Shown piece after piece: positions 11,999-24,849 of a stretch of DNA of 64,000 nucleotides. The position numbers and the translations under genes are program-made. Position 1 is the first letter of the stretch, and each line of letters starts with the position of its first letter. Under the pieces are notes generated by a model that was given only the letters and a program-made list of their open reading frames with translations, searched no databases and had not been told where the DNA came from. Source of the DNA: Octopus sinensis (Eukaryota); assembly GCF_006345805.1 (NCBI RefSeq), contig NC_043023.1, positions 9,858,001 to 9,922,000 of the forward strand. The letters run 5' to 3'.

Positions 11999-12350
11999 GT
12001 GAAGGCGCATGGCTCAGTGGTTAGAGCGTCGAGCTTACGATCGTGAGGTTGTGAGCTCGAATCCCGGACCGGGCTGCGTGTTGTGTTCTTGAGCAAGGCA
12101 CTTTATTTCACGTTGCTCCAGTTCACTCAGCTGTAAAAATGAGTTGCGATGTCACAGGTGCCAAGCTGTATCGACCTTTGTCTTTCCCTTGGATAACACT
12201 GGTGGCGTGGAGAGGGGAGGCTGGTATGCATGGGCGACTGCTGGTCTTCCATAAAAAAAAAAAAAACCTTGCCCAGACTTGTGCCTCAGAGGGTAACTCT
12301 CTTGGTGCAAACCCATGGTCACTCATGACCGAAGGGGGTCTTTACCCTTT
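11999..12350 (+). mobile_element. tRNA-SINE family B variant
   Basis: TGGCTCAGTGG A box, CTCGAATCC B box, CTTGAGCAAGGCACTT core. Confidence 0.8.
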
Positions 12351-12761
12351 ATATATATATATATATATATATTGTACTGTCGTTACTGTCCTGTTTTTGT
12401 TACCATTTTTACCCCTCCGCAAAAAGATCTCAAATTTTATTTTATTTGCTTTTCGCGGGAAGGAAAGTTTCTATCGAAGATGCGTATCGCCTTCACCTTC
12501 GAAATGCAGAGTAGATGAAACCGTGGCGACTGAAGAAGGGGAATTTTCCTTGTTTTGTATGTCTTGTACTCTATTCTTTCGTTGTTTAAAAGAAATGTCT
12601 ATTTCCTTGGTTTTGTGTTTATGTTTTCGTTTCTCATTGTGTTCGACGTTTTTTTTGGTGTCCTGTACCCATATATGCATGTATATATACATGTAGAGGT
12701 AGGTACGTACATATATGTATGTATATATGCATGTTTTATTTATTAATTTATATATATATAT

Positions 12762-13088
12762 TGTGAGGGCGCGTGGCTTAGTGGTTAGGGCATTCGGCTC
12801 ATGATCGTAAGGTTGTGAGTTCGATTCCCGGCGACGCGTTGTGTCCTTGAGCAAGACCCTTTATTTCACGTTGCTCCAGGCCACTCAGCTGGCAAAAATG
12901 AGTTGTACTTGTATTTCAAAGGGTCAGCCTTGTCACTCTCTGCGTCACGCTGATTATCCCTGAGAACTACGTTAAGGGTACACGTGTCTGTGGAATGCTC
13001 AGCCATTTGCACGTTAATTTCACGAGCAAGCTGTTCCGTTGATCGTATCAGCTGGGACCCTCGTCGTCGTAACCGGTGGAGTCAAAGA
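12762..13088 (+). mobile_element. tRNA-SINE family B variant with a different 3' body
   Basis: TGGCTTAGTGG A box, GTTCGATTCC B box, same core as 11999. Confidence 0.8.
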
Positions 13089-13106
13089 AGAATATATATA
13101 TATATA

Positions 13107-13614
13107 CTAGCAGTATCGCCCGGCGTTGCTCGGGTTTGTAAGGGAAATAACTATATAAGCATTTTTAGAGAGTTACTTCCCTTATAAATTCGGGCTTTCT
13201 TAGCCATTTTTGTTTTGGTGTCTTCAAGCCATGAAGTCGTTGTTCTAAAAGAACGCTGGTCTCCTTGACAACGCATTACGACGTTGATTTCTTTACACTT
13301 CCTTCCCCACAGCTTCACGAGGGAGGGAAGGGGGAGAAGCAAACAGGTGCAGCTGTGAGCGTGGACGCCAACTCCGCCGCCATCGACACACGATGCATTT
13401 TATGCATTAAAATGGAATAAAAAATGATGTTAAATTATTTTTAAAATCGTAGACTCATCGTTGACGCGCGCTAATAGCCAGACGGGCTCGATATGAATCA
13501 CGACTATAAGATACCCGAATTTGGTTAAACTGCACCGCAAAATGTGGGAGTAGTTGGGAATCTAAATCGAAGGGGACAGACACTCACACAACTAGAGTTT
13601 TATATATATATAGA
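13107..13614 (-). mobile_element. Non-autonomous Helitron H1 with an extra internal segment
   Basis: CTAG and hairpin at 13107-13135; TCTATATATATATAAA 5' end at 13614; 13190-13400 is absent from the other H1 copies. Confidence 0.8.
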
Positions 13615-13737
13615 TATATATATATATACATGTCGTCTGTTTCTAAAAATTTATTCTAGTTTTTTTGCTAAACAATTTTGCAAATTTTATTTATATTAAT
13701 TTAATTCATTTTGTTTCTTTACGCTTTTATTTTGCAG

Positions 13738-15246
13738 GTGAGAGCCATATTCTACCAGAATTACCGTGAAGTGAAGGGCACGTTTAGCCATGAACTAGGA
13801 AAGAAGGAAAGTCATGCATTCACGTTGCATCCAGTGAAGAATAGTAGTTTCGTAATACGTTTGGCATTGCATTTCAAAGACGATGAAATTAAATGGTTGA
13901 AAAGAAAAGCAGACAGCTTGAGAAATGAGCTGGAAATGGTCAAGAGGGGAATGGCCTCAAAACAGCTGGAGCGTCTGTCAATGCCTATGATGAAATATCT
14001 TCACAATATTGAATATTTTAATAGAAAACATGAACCGAAGAAGGCCTCTGTCAAATTTTGGTATGATACTGGTGATGACACAGCACAATGGGAGCATATT
14101 GAAATGGAGTCAATTTATTCCATGGCAAATATTCATCAGGCACCAAAACAGAAGCTGAGTGTGAAAAAACATGATGAAACCGTACAGAATGCTGTCAGAG
14201 CTCTCCTTAACCATTATTGGGAAGGAGTAGATAATATCAAGTTTAAGAAGTTTCTCCGAGCCTATCGTTACATGTCACCTATCCAAGGGGTACAACATCT
14301 ACTACAAGTCTACTTATTGCAACGAAAGACTGAAAATGGTTATTACAATGGCACATTTATGGCCTCGCAGCGTCTACTGCCTCTGAAGTTTACTGAAGAA
14401 GTTGACTTGTTTAAGCGCCATTTTGATATCAATACCAAATACAATAACAGCAATGGTGGTGGGCAGATGAAAGAAATCAATCTGATTATGCCAATTGCTG
14501 GAAAATTAGAAGCATTTGTACGATTTACAGAGACACTAGAGAAGATCTTCAAAAGAACATTGGAGAACCTCAAAGTGATCCTTGTTATCTACAAAGATCC
14601 AGAAGGAGCCTGGGTCAAACAAATCGCTATGATGAAACGTTTAGCATCTCAGTACCCTTCCATGAAACTAGAAGTAACACTTTTGACTGGAGATTTTGCT
14701 CGTGGGGTGGCATTGCAGCATGGCATGAAGAACTGCAGTAATGACTCCCTTCTCCTTTTTATTGATATCGATATGGCCATCACAGAGACATTTCTACATC
14801 AAGTACGCGTGAACACAATATATGGCAAGCAAGTGTATTTTCCGATTTATTTCAGCCAGTTTGATCCTGAATCTATTTGCTACAAACCAAATTGTAAGAA
14901 CAACCATTACTTATTTGGCAAAGATGACGGCTTTTGGAGATATTTCAGTTTTGGTATGGTGTCCATCTATAAAAAAGACTTTCTGGAAGTGGGTGGGTAT
15001 GACACAAAAATTGAGGGATGGGGCAAAGAGGACATAGATTTCTATGAACTATGCCTCAGGTCTAACCTGACAGCAATTCGGGCACCTGATTTGTCACTTA
15101 TACACATTTACCACCCAAAATTCTGTTCACATGATTTGAATGATGAACAATACAAAATGTGTCTAGATTCAAAAAGCGGTATCTTTGGGTCTCGTCATCA
15201 AGAGGCTAGGGCTGTTTACAGATTACCAGAGATATTGAATAAATAA
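13738..15246 (+). CDS. CHSY1: Chondroitin sulfate synthase, exon 4 (CHGN/GT7 domain)
   Basis: Acceptor TTTGCAG|GTG, phase 0; [60 protein letters not shown] match CHSY1; total CDS 2304 nt = 767 aa. Confidence 0.97.
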   Translation: MRAIFYQNYREVKGTFSHELGKKESHAFTLHPVKNSSFVIRLALHFKDDEIKWLKRKADSLRNELEMVKRGMASKQLERLSMPMMKYLHNIEYFNRKHEPKKASVKFWYDTGDDTAQWEHIEMESIYSMANIHQAPKQKLSVKKHDETVQNAVRALLNHYWEGVDNIKFKKFLRAYRYMSPIQGVQHLLQVYLLQRKTENGYYNGTFMASQRLLPLKFTEEVDLFKRHFDINTKYNNSNGGGQMKEINLIMPIAGKLEAFVRFTETLEKIFKRTLENLKVILVIYKDPEGAWVKQIAMMKRLASQYPSMKLEVTLLTGDFARGVALQHGMKNCSNDSLLLFIDIDMAITETFLHQVRVNTIYGKQVYFPIYFSQFDPESICYKPNCKNNHYLFGKDDGFWRYFSFGMVSIYKKDFLEVGGYDTKIEGWGKEDIDFYELCLRSNLTAIRAPDLSLIHIYHPKFCSHDLNDEQYKMCLDSKSGIFGSRHQEARAVYRLPEILNK

Positions 15247-15499
15247 CAAAGACAAACAGACAGACAGACAGAAAAGTGAAAAATACAAACTGCAAGGAGG
15301 AGACGTAGTTGTAGATGGAGTAAGAAAGAGAGATGAAAACATGGTTACGAGGTATTTGTTTGTCACTTTGCAAACACAAGTATATACCTAAATATTTGTG
15401 TATAAACACAGTGACATGTGCTATACTCGTGCATATACACGCATAAATACCATACACAAACATGTATATAAGCCTGTATGTGTGCTTAAATGCATGCAT

Positions 15500-15573
15500 T
15501 CCACTCACAGACACACGTATGCATACATATATACATACATGCAAACATACATATATATATATGTATGTATATG

Positions 15574-15608
<35 letters not shown>

Positions 15609-15618
15609 GTATATATAT

Positions 15619-15650
<32 letters not shown>

Positions 15651-15657
15651 GTATATA

Positions 15658-15689
<32 letters not shown>

Positions 15690-15774
15690 CACGCATTCTT
15701 ATGCACATAAACATATGCATACAGACACATATATGTGTGTACATACATGTTGTGTATATATATAAATATGTATG

Positions 15775-15822
<48 letters not shown>

Positions 15823-15829
15823 TTATATA

Positions 15830-15865
<36 letters not shown>

Positions 15866-15936
15866 TATGTATATATATATGTTATATATTATATGTATTA
15901 TATATATATACTATATATATATATATATAATACATA

Positions 15937-15987
<51 letters not shown>

Positions 15988-16032
15988 TATGCATATGTAT
16001 ATATATATATGTATATATATATAATGCATATG

Positions 16033-16123
<91 letters not shown>

Positions 16124-16140
16124 TATGTATTATATATATG

Positions 16141-16171
<31 letters not shown>

Positions 16172-16183
16172 GTATAATATATA

Positions 16184-16223
<40 letters not shown>

Positions 16224-16225
16224 TA

Positions 16226-16257
<32 letters not shown>

Positions 16258-16380
16258 GCATGTATGTATGTATATATATATATGCACACACATTCTTATG
16301 CACATAAACGTATGCATACACACACATATATGTGTATACATACGTGTGTGTGTGTTTGTGTGTGTATGTATAAGTAGGTA
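15500..16380. repeat. Long (TA)n-rich microsatellite
   Basis: ~900 bp of TA with TG interruptions. Confidence 0.95.
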
Positions 16381-17708
16381 TGCTTTTATTTGTATATTCA
16401 TAGAAAATGACTAAAATTCTCTGCAGAATAGCTACGAAGACAGCTTAGACAATCGGGCAGGTACCCTGAGGGGTGCAGGGCTCAATTCTCCGTAGGGCTT
16501 TTGCTGGCCATGGGCTTGAGAACACGAAGTGCAAGGGATGCAAGAGCACCCGCTAAAATTTTTGTTGGGTGCAGAATCAAGATTTGCACCCCGACTTACT
16601 TTTCTCACGTTTAGAAATCTGAGCAGAAAGGGATCTGTAAAGAGCAACTTTGGGTTAGGGTTCTTCTCCAAGAACAAAAGATAAAAACCAAAAAAAAAAA
16701 AAAAAAAAAAAAAGGCGGCGATGCCTCGGTATACGTACACACACGTGACTTTGTTTACATTTCTGAAGATAACAGAAACCCTTTTCTCTCCCCCCCCCAT
16801 AACCCTTCGTTCATGAGCCACTTTTTTGTTGGCCACTTTTTTCTGTACTTTAATGGGTTTACCCCATATTTTAAAGCTGTCTTCATAGCCATCGAGAATC
16901 CCTTTGTTTTCTGTAGAATGCTAACTCAGCACTTGTAAGTTCGTTTACAAAAGTTATATATTTACACGCACACAAGCACACATATATATCAACCCCCAAT
17001 CTCTCTCCACTCCACCCAGGCCCACAACCACCAAAAAGTCATACATATATTTATTTCTCAATGTCTTTCCTACATTAAGGCGGCGAGCTGGCAGAACTGT
17101 TAGCACGCCGGACAAAATGCTTAGCGGTCAGCCCGGGGCTATAGTAGAAGACACTTGCCCAAAGAGCCATGCAGTGGGACTGAACCCGGAACCATGTGGT
17201 TGGTTAGCAAGCTACTTACCACACAGCCACTCCTGTGCCTGTATATTTCGCATTTGTCTTTCATATCCATTCTTTGTCTTTCGCTATGCAATTTTTTTAA
17301 CCAAAAACTAACACCTTTTGATGTTTGTAATGTGTGTTTAGATTCCAACCCTCTGGGTTGCTATTTATTTGTTTATATATTATATAAATGTACACTATAT
17401 TTATTATTGTAGTTTTGACTTTAAGAGTCCCTCATAGCAGGAGGCATTTTTGTGTATTAATACCCTTAATAGAAATATATATATATATATGTATAATCAA
17501 AATAATCAACAAGAATGACTCCGGTAGTTTGGTACGATCGTGTCGCACTACATCATTTTATTAAATGTTGTAAGTATTACAACAGTTTTAAAATGTTGGG
17601 CACTCATCAGCCAATTATAGAGATTTCCCATTAATACAAAAGTTTTCATACCTTCTCTATAATGTTGCCACTTGATATGAAAATTTTTGTATTAATGGAA
17701 AACCTCTA

Positions 17709-17801
17709 TAATTGGCTGATGAGTGCTCAGCATTTTAAAACTGTTGTAATACTTACAACATTTAATAAAATAATGTAGTACGAAACGATCGTACCAAATT
17801 A
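17709..17801 (+). ncRNA. Type I hammerhead ribozyme (PLE type) in the right arm of foldback 17492-17834
   Basis: TAATTGG-CTGATGA-GTGCT..AGTAC-GAAA-CGATCG-TA|CCAAATTA; palindromic stem III ACGATCGT; the inverted copy in the left arm has GAAA>GACA. Confidence 0.85.
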
Positions 17802-18448
17802 CCGGAGTCATTCTTGTTGCTTATTTTGACTATAATCACCCCACAGATTTTTATGGATAACACCATACAGAATTCTGGTGCATCTAAATTAAGTAACATA
17901 TTCATTTGAATCTAAATTTTTGCTGAACTTATATATATGTATATATATATAAACTTTTAAACAAGGGCTAAAGAAAATTACTTCTATGCCAATATGCTGA
18001 TAACGGACTTTTAATCGTCAATTTCCACATATTATTTACTCGCAACAGAAAACACGTAGAGCTGAAATCGAGGAATGTTAGCCAACAGGATTTTTTTTTA
18101 AAGTTCGTTATTTCTATCAGTAGAAAATACTGTTTATAAATTGTTTATAATTTTAACCTTAAAGGTATTTTAATATGCTGCCACATTTTTTGATGAAATT
18201 TTTTTCTGTAAAAAAAATTCATCCTATATTAGTAGTAGTATATATATATATATATATATTGGAAGGTTTGGAGATGATGTACAGGTATTATATATTAGAA
18301 GAAATGAGGTAATCAGAAGATCGGATGGTTTAACCCCACTAGAATGGGAGAAAGCGCTAATGATCTAAATATGATATATATGTAAAATGTAATATATAAA
18401 GAAATATCTGTAAATACAAACCATCCGATCTTCTGATTACCTCATTTC

Positions 18449-18498
<50 letters not shown>

Positions 18499-18692
18499 AG
18501 AAATATGTAAAAAAAGAAAATACAAAATATAAAATACACGTGGAAATGTAAGGCAAAATGTGAAAATCACACGAAATACACATTGTAAATAAAAAAAGGG
18601 TTTTTAAAATGTATGTATTTGTCATTACCTTTCATAAAGAGCCTTTTTTTAAAATTTATAATGTGCATTTTCGTTGATTTTTCATATTTTAC

Positions 18693-18740
<48 letters not shown>

Positions 18741-18795
18741 TACGTTTAAATATTTGTTGTGCAAGATTTTTTATGTGAAGTCGTGTGTTGAAACA

Positions 18796-19045
18796 AATAT
18801 TGTTGTATTTAGGAATGGTCATATTGCCAGTTTAGCCAATAAAAACACACACACTATATATTTGGTGTTATTTTGCTTCAGTGATATTTATTTTTTACAT
18901 TAATCTTAATCTTATTTTTTTTTCTTATATATAAGAAATAAGATTAAGATTAATGTAAAAAATAAATAACACTGAAGCAAAGTAACACCAATATATAGTG
19001 CGTGTGTTTTTATTGGCTAAACTGGTAAAATGACCATTCCTAAAT

Positions 19046-19053
<8 letters not shown>
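18796..19053. repeat. Near-perfect 258-bp palindrome in (TA)n
   Basis: ATTGTTGTATTTAGGAATGGTC...centre TTCTTATATATAAGAA...GACCATTCCTAAATACAACAAT. Confidence 0.9.
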
Positions 19054-19098
<45 letters not shown>

Positions 19099-19213
19099 TA
19101 AAAGGAATTCTAACCTGTCTGATTTTCACGTTTTATTTACAATCTTATGATATAATATAAGATAATATAATATAATATAATAAAATAATAGAATGTTAAA
19201 TGTTCATTCGGAT

Positions 19214-19258
19214 TGAACTAGTACTTTCATGCATTAAATTCTGCAATCTTCAGGTTCA
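19214..19258 (-). ncRNA. Minimal type I hammerhead ribozyme, U-U at base of stem II
   Basis: On -: TGAAC-CTGAAGA-T-TGCA(8 nt)TGCA-T-GAAA-GTAC-TA|GTTCA; stem I 5 bp; palindrome AGTACT. Confidence 0.75.
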
Positions 19259-19481
19259 TGTAGTAGTGGTGACAGTCATGCTTCACAAATTTTGACTGTG
19301 TGAAAACGTGAAAATTAGACAAGGTTGGAATTACTTTTATTAATATATACTTCTATACACAATCACACACACCCGTATATATATATATATATATATGTAG
19401 GTCCCGGGTTTAGTCGGGGTTAACCACAGTAAATAAGGTACTCAATGCATAGCAGAGTAAATTAATTTATTATATAGAAGG

Positions 19482-19532
19482 AGCTTCTACAGGAGGAGAA
19501 CTGTTTCATTCAAATGAAATCATCAGGAAGCC
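19482..19532 (-). ncRNA. Type I hammerhead-like motif, U-U at base of stem II
   Basis: On -: GGCTTC-CTGATGA-T-TTC(ATTT)GAA-T-GAAA-CAG(8 nt)CTG-TA|GAAGCT; lies at the centre of hairpin 19464-19598. Confidence 0.65.
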
Positions 19533-19591
19533 TGATGATTTCATTTGAATGAAACAGTTCTAGTCCTGTAGAAGCTCCTTCTATAAAATAA

Positions 19592-19640
<49 letters not shown>

Positions 19641-19962
19641 TATATATATTACAGTTTTTCTTCTATGTTAGTGACAGATAGTGATTTTAAATATTTTTGT
19701 TCTGATATAAATTTTCAGGAAGAAAAAAAATAAGTAAAACAAATGTTTGTAAATATGGAAAACTAGAAAAGAAATTCCTTTTGCAGGTGTAAAATTAAAA
19801 TTAAAAATAAATGTTCCACTATTTTCATTTAAACTTATCTGATGTGTTTTCTTTATTTATGATAAATATTTATCAGAGCGTGCTTCCCAACCACGTGGTT
19901 CCGGGTTCAGTCCCACTACTTGGTACCTTGTATAGAGCCCAGCGTTGAACTAAGCCTAGTGA

Positions 19963-22570
19963 GTGGATGGATGGATAGATGGGTGGATATACGGATGGAT
20001 GGATGAATGGGTGGATGGATTGATGAATGGATGGATGGGAGGGTGGATGAATGGATGGATGGATGGGTGGATGGATGGATGGATGGATGGGTGGATGGAT
20101 GGATGGATGGATGGGTGGATGGATGGATGGATGGATGGATGGATGGATGGGGTGGTAGTTGATGGATTGATGGTGGATCGATGGTGGGATGATGGATGGA
20201 TGGATAGATGGATGAATGGGTGGATGAATGGATGGATGGATGGGTGGAGGGATGGAGTGGTGGATGGATGATGAGTGGATGGATGGAGGTGGGGATGGAT
20301 GGATGATAGATGGATGGATGGATGGATGGATGGATGGATGGTATGATGATGGATGGATGGGTGGTGGATAGATGATGGATGGGTGGATCGATGGATGGAT
20401 GGATGGATGGATGATGGATGGTTGATGGATGGATAGATGGATGGATGGGTGGATGAATGGATGGATGATGGATGATATGGATGGAGGATGGATGGAGTGG
20501 TGGATGGATGAATCTGTGGATGGTTGGATGGATGGATGGATGGATGGATGGGTGGATAGGGGATGGATGGATGGATGATGAATGGATGGGAGGATGGATG
20601 GATGGGTGGATGGATGAATGATTGGATGGATGGATGGATGGATGGGTGGATGGAGGATGGGTGGGTGGATGGATTGATGAATGGATGGGAGGATGGATGG
20701 ATGGGTGGATGGATGAATGATTGGATGGATGGATGGATGGATGGATTGGTGTGGATATAGGATGATGATGGATGGATAGATGGATGGATGGGTGGATCGA
20801 TGGATGGATGGATGGATGGATAGATGGATGAATGGGTGGATGAATGGATGGATGGATGGGTGGAGGGATGGAGTGGTGGATGGATGAATGAGTGGATGGA
20901 TGGATGGGTGGATGGATGGATGGATAGATGGATGGATGGGTGGATGAATGGATGGATGGATGGATGGGTAAGTGGATAGATGGATGGATGGGTGGATCGA
21001 TGGATGGATGGATGGATGGATGGATGGATGGTTGATGGATGGATAGATGGATGGATGGGTGGATGAATGGATGGATGGATGGATGGATGAATGGATGGGA
21101 GGATGGATGGAGTGGTGGATGGATGAATCTGTGGATGGGTGGATGGATGGATGGATGGATGGATGGGTGGATAGGGGATGGATGGATGGATGGATGAATG
21201 GATGGGAGGATGGATGGATGGGTGGATGGATGAATGATTGGATGGATGGATGGATGGATGGGTGGATGGAGGATGGGTGGGTGGATGGATTGATGAATGG
21301 ATGGGAGGATGGATGGATGGGTGGATGGATGAATGATTGGATGGATGGATGGATGGATGGATGGGTGGATGGATAGATGGATGGATGGATGGATAGATGG
21401 ATGGATGGGTGGATCGATGGATGGATGGGTTGATGGATGGATAGATGGATGGATGGGTGGATGAATGGATGGATGGATGGGTGGAGGGATGGAGTGGTGG
21501 ATGGATGAATGAGTGGATGGATGGATGGGTGGATGGATGGATAGATGAATGGATGGGTGGATGAATGGATGGATGGATGGGTGGAGGGATGGAGTATGGA
21601 TGGATGAATGAGTGGACGGATGAATGGATGGGTGGATGGATGGATGGATGGATGGATGGGTGGATAGGGGATGGATGGATGGATGGATGGATGGATGAAT
21701 GGATGGGAGGATGGATGGATGGGTGGATGGATGAATGATTGGATGGATGGATGGATGGATGGATGGGTGGATGGATACATGGATGGATGGATGGGTGTAT
21801 GGATGGATCTATGGATAGATGGATGGATGGGTGGGTGGATGGATGGATGGTTGGATGGGTGGATGGATGGATGGGTGGATGGGTGGATGGATGGATGAAT
21901 GGGTGGATAGATGGATGGATGGATGGATGGGTGGATGGGTGGATGGATGGATGTATGGATGGGTGGATGGATGGATGGGTGGATGGATGGATGGATGGAT
22001 GGGTGGGTGGATGGATGGATGGATGTGTTGATGGATGGATAGATGGATGGGTGGCTGGATGGATGGGTGTGTGGATTGATGGATGGGTTGATGGATGGAT
22101 GGGTGGATTGATGGATGGATAGATGGGTGGATGGAAGGATGGGTGGATGGATGGATGGATGGGTGGATGGAAGGATTGATTGATGGGTGGGTGGATGGGT
22201 GGTTGGAAGGTTTGATGGATGGATGGATGGGTGGATGGAATGATGGATGGGTGGAGAGATGGGTGCTTGATGGATGGATGGATGGATGGATGGATGGATG
22301 GGTGGATGGATGGATGGATGGGTGGAGAGATGGATGCTTGATGGATGGATGAATGGATGGATGAATGGATGGATGGGTGGATGGATGGGTGGATGGACTG
22401 ATGGATAGATTGATGGATGGATGGGTGGATGGACGGATGGATAGATTGATTGATGTGTGGATGGATGGATGGATGGTTGGATGGATGGATGGATGGATGG
22501 ATGGATGGTCGGATGGATGTATGGGTGGATGGATGGATGGATAGATAGATAGATGGATGGATGGATAGAT
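19963..22570. repeat. 2.6-kb (GGAT)n simple satellite grading into (GATA)n
   Basis: Direct reading; source of the spurious 918-aa and 635-aa HPSI ORFs. Confidence 0.97.
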
Positions 22571-22600
22571 AGATGGATAGATAGATAAGATAGATAAGAT

Positions 22601-23686
22601 ATGTTTCTTTATTAGTCACACAGGGCTGCACACAGATAGAACAAATTATAAGGTAGAGCTTTTCTTTTGAAGGTTTAAAAAAAAAAAAAAGGTAGGGGGG
22701 AGTTTCGATCAAAAGGGATCGTAAAAGGAGAGATTGAGGACAAAAAAAGGGGGGGGGTTAAAAAAAAGGGGAGAGGAAGAAAAAAAAATTGATCAATAGT
22801 GATCGTTATCACAGAAATGTCAATATGAAGTGTAAAGGGGAGGACAGGTGAGGTTTACCCGTGGAAAGAAAAGCCTACGGAAAAGACCACGGTAACCTCG
22901 GTCAATGGAGTCACATGTTGTATTTCTTTATTTTTTTTTTTGCGAATAAGCAACTCTCTGTTTTCAATTTCTGGGTTCATAGGATTATGCTCAAGGTGGC
23001 TTCGTCATTCATACGTGCCATTCTTGCTACATTCACCTATCTTTTTTTAAAACATTCGCTGGACAAAACTTGCCTCTCTACTCTCACTTTCCTTTTCAAG
23101 TGGTACTTGAAGAAGTTGATGAGAGATTGACCAGAGAGGAAAGTGTTTGTCTCCAATCATTTCAGACGCGTCCACCAGATACATTCTTTCGCCATAGCCA
23201 CGAGGATGATGAAAATAGCTCTTCCTTCCCGTTTGAAGGAAGGAGGCGTGACAATATTGACGATAGACTCAGCTGATAAACCGACTCGCCACATGTGACA
23301 GCAGTGTTCGACATAAGCCCACAGGTCGGAAATTGTTGGACACTGCACGAGTGCGTGCAGAACGTTTTCATCGCTCTGACCGCATCTCGGGCAGGTCGGC
23401 CCCGTGTTTCTCGAGCCGTGTCTGTAGAGCTTATCCCGAACGGGTAGCGCTTCTCGGTAGCACTGCCAGGCCAGGGATCTCTGGAAGTTGTCCATGGACC
23501 CTGGCCCGAAAGTCGTCCTGAACAGGCGGGTCAGGTACTCCACGTCGACGTCCAGGTTCGCCCCGAGCTCGTCGTCGTACCTCCCCTCCACTAAACCCCT
23601 ATAGAATGCTTTGGTTGTGTTGAAGTCACTCAAGGTCAACCCAGGACGGCAGAGTTGCTTGAGAGCAACGCGACACTCGCGGTGAC
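22601..23686 (-). mobile_element. 5'-truncated L1/Tx1-clade LINE (ORF2 C-terminus and 3' UTR) with 16-17 bp TSD
   Basis: zf-RVT-like AWQCYREALPV..L.R.G....CPRCGQSDENVLHALVQCP...LW; two in-frame stops downstream; AATAAA at the 3' end; ATAAGATAGATAAGAT at 22585-22600 and 23687-23702. Confidence 0.85.
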
Positions 23687-23697
23687 ATAAGATAGAT

Positions 23698-23750
<53 letters not shown>

Positions 23751-23779
23751 CCATAGATAGAAAAAATAGATGGATAGAC

Positions 23780-23837
<58 letters not shown>

Positions 23838-24343
23838 GTAGATAAATAGATAGATAGACAGAGATATAGATATATATGTGTGTGTGTGTGTGTTTGTATC
23901 TGTGCTGGTCACCCTCCACCATCTCTTGACAACCGATGTTGGTGTGTTTACATCGCTCTAACTTAGCAGTTCGGCAAAAGCGACCAATAGCATAAGTACT
24001 AGACTTACAAAAAGTAAGTCCTTGTGTCGATTTGTTCAACTAAATGCGGTGCTCCAGCATGGCTGTAGTTATGTATTTGTCTTTTGTTTTCCTGTAAATT
24101 TGAATTATATATATATACTCTTTACTCTCTCTTTTACTCTTTTACTTGTTTCACTCATTTGACTCTGGCCATGCTGGTGCACCGCCTTTAGTCGAGCAAA
24201 TCGACCCCAGGGCTTATTCTTTGTAAGCCTAGTACTTATTCTATCAGTCTCTTTTGCCGAACCGCTAATTTACAGGGACATGAACACACCAGCATCGGTT
24301 GTCAAGCGATGTTGGGGGGACAAACACACACAAATAAACATAT

Positions 24344-24384
<41 letters not shown>

Positions 24385-24849
24385 GGCGAGGAAAAATTTT
24401 AAAAAGGCAGAATGCTAAATTGAGGGTAAATTTTAATAAAAATGGGTGTATTGAAAATTAAAGAAATAATTTTTAAAATATTAACTCTAACCGGTTTTCA
24501 TCGCGAAGCAAATTTTCAAGAATTGAAAGGTGAAAACAAATTTTTTTTTAATTGAGGAAGGGGGAAAAAAAGAAATTTACAGTGTTTTTTCAAAAAAAAA
24601 TAATAAACATAAATATATATATATATATATATATGTATATATGACAGGCTTCTTTCAGTTTCCGTCAAGGCTTTGGTCGGCCTAAAACTATAGTAGAAGA
24701 CACTTGCTCAAGGTGCCACGCAGTGGGATTGAACCCGGAAGCATGTGGTTCGTAAGCAAGCTACATACCACACAGTACTCCTATGCCTATATATATATAT
24801 TCTTTTATTCTTTTACTTATTTAGTCATTTGACTGCGCTCATGTATCTA

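Noticed and set aside
19873-22712. 918-aa and 635-aa His/Pro/Ser/Ile ORFs
   Set aside because: Translations of (ATCC)n, which has no stop in these frames
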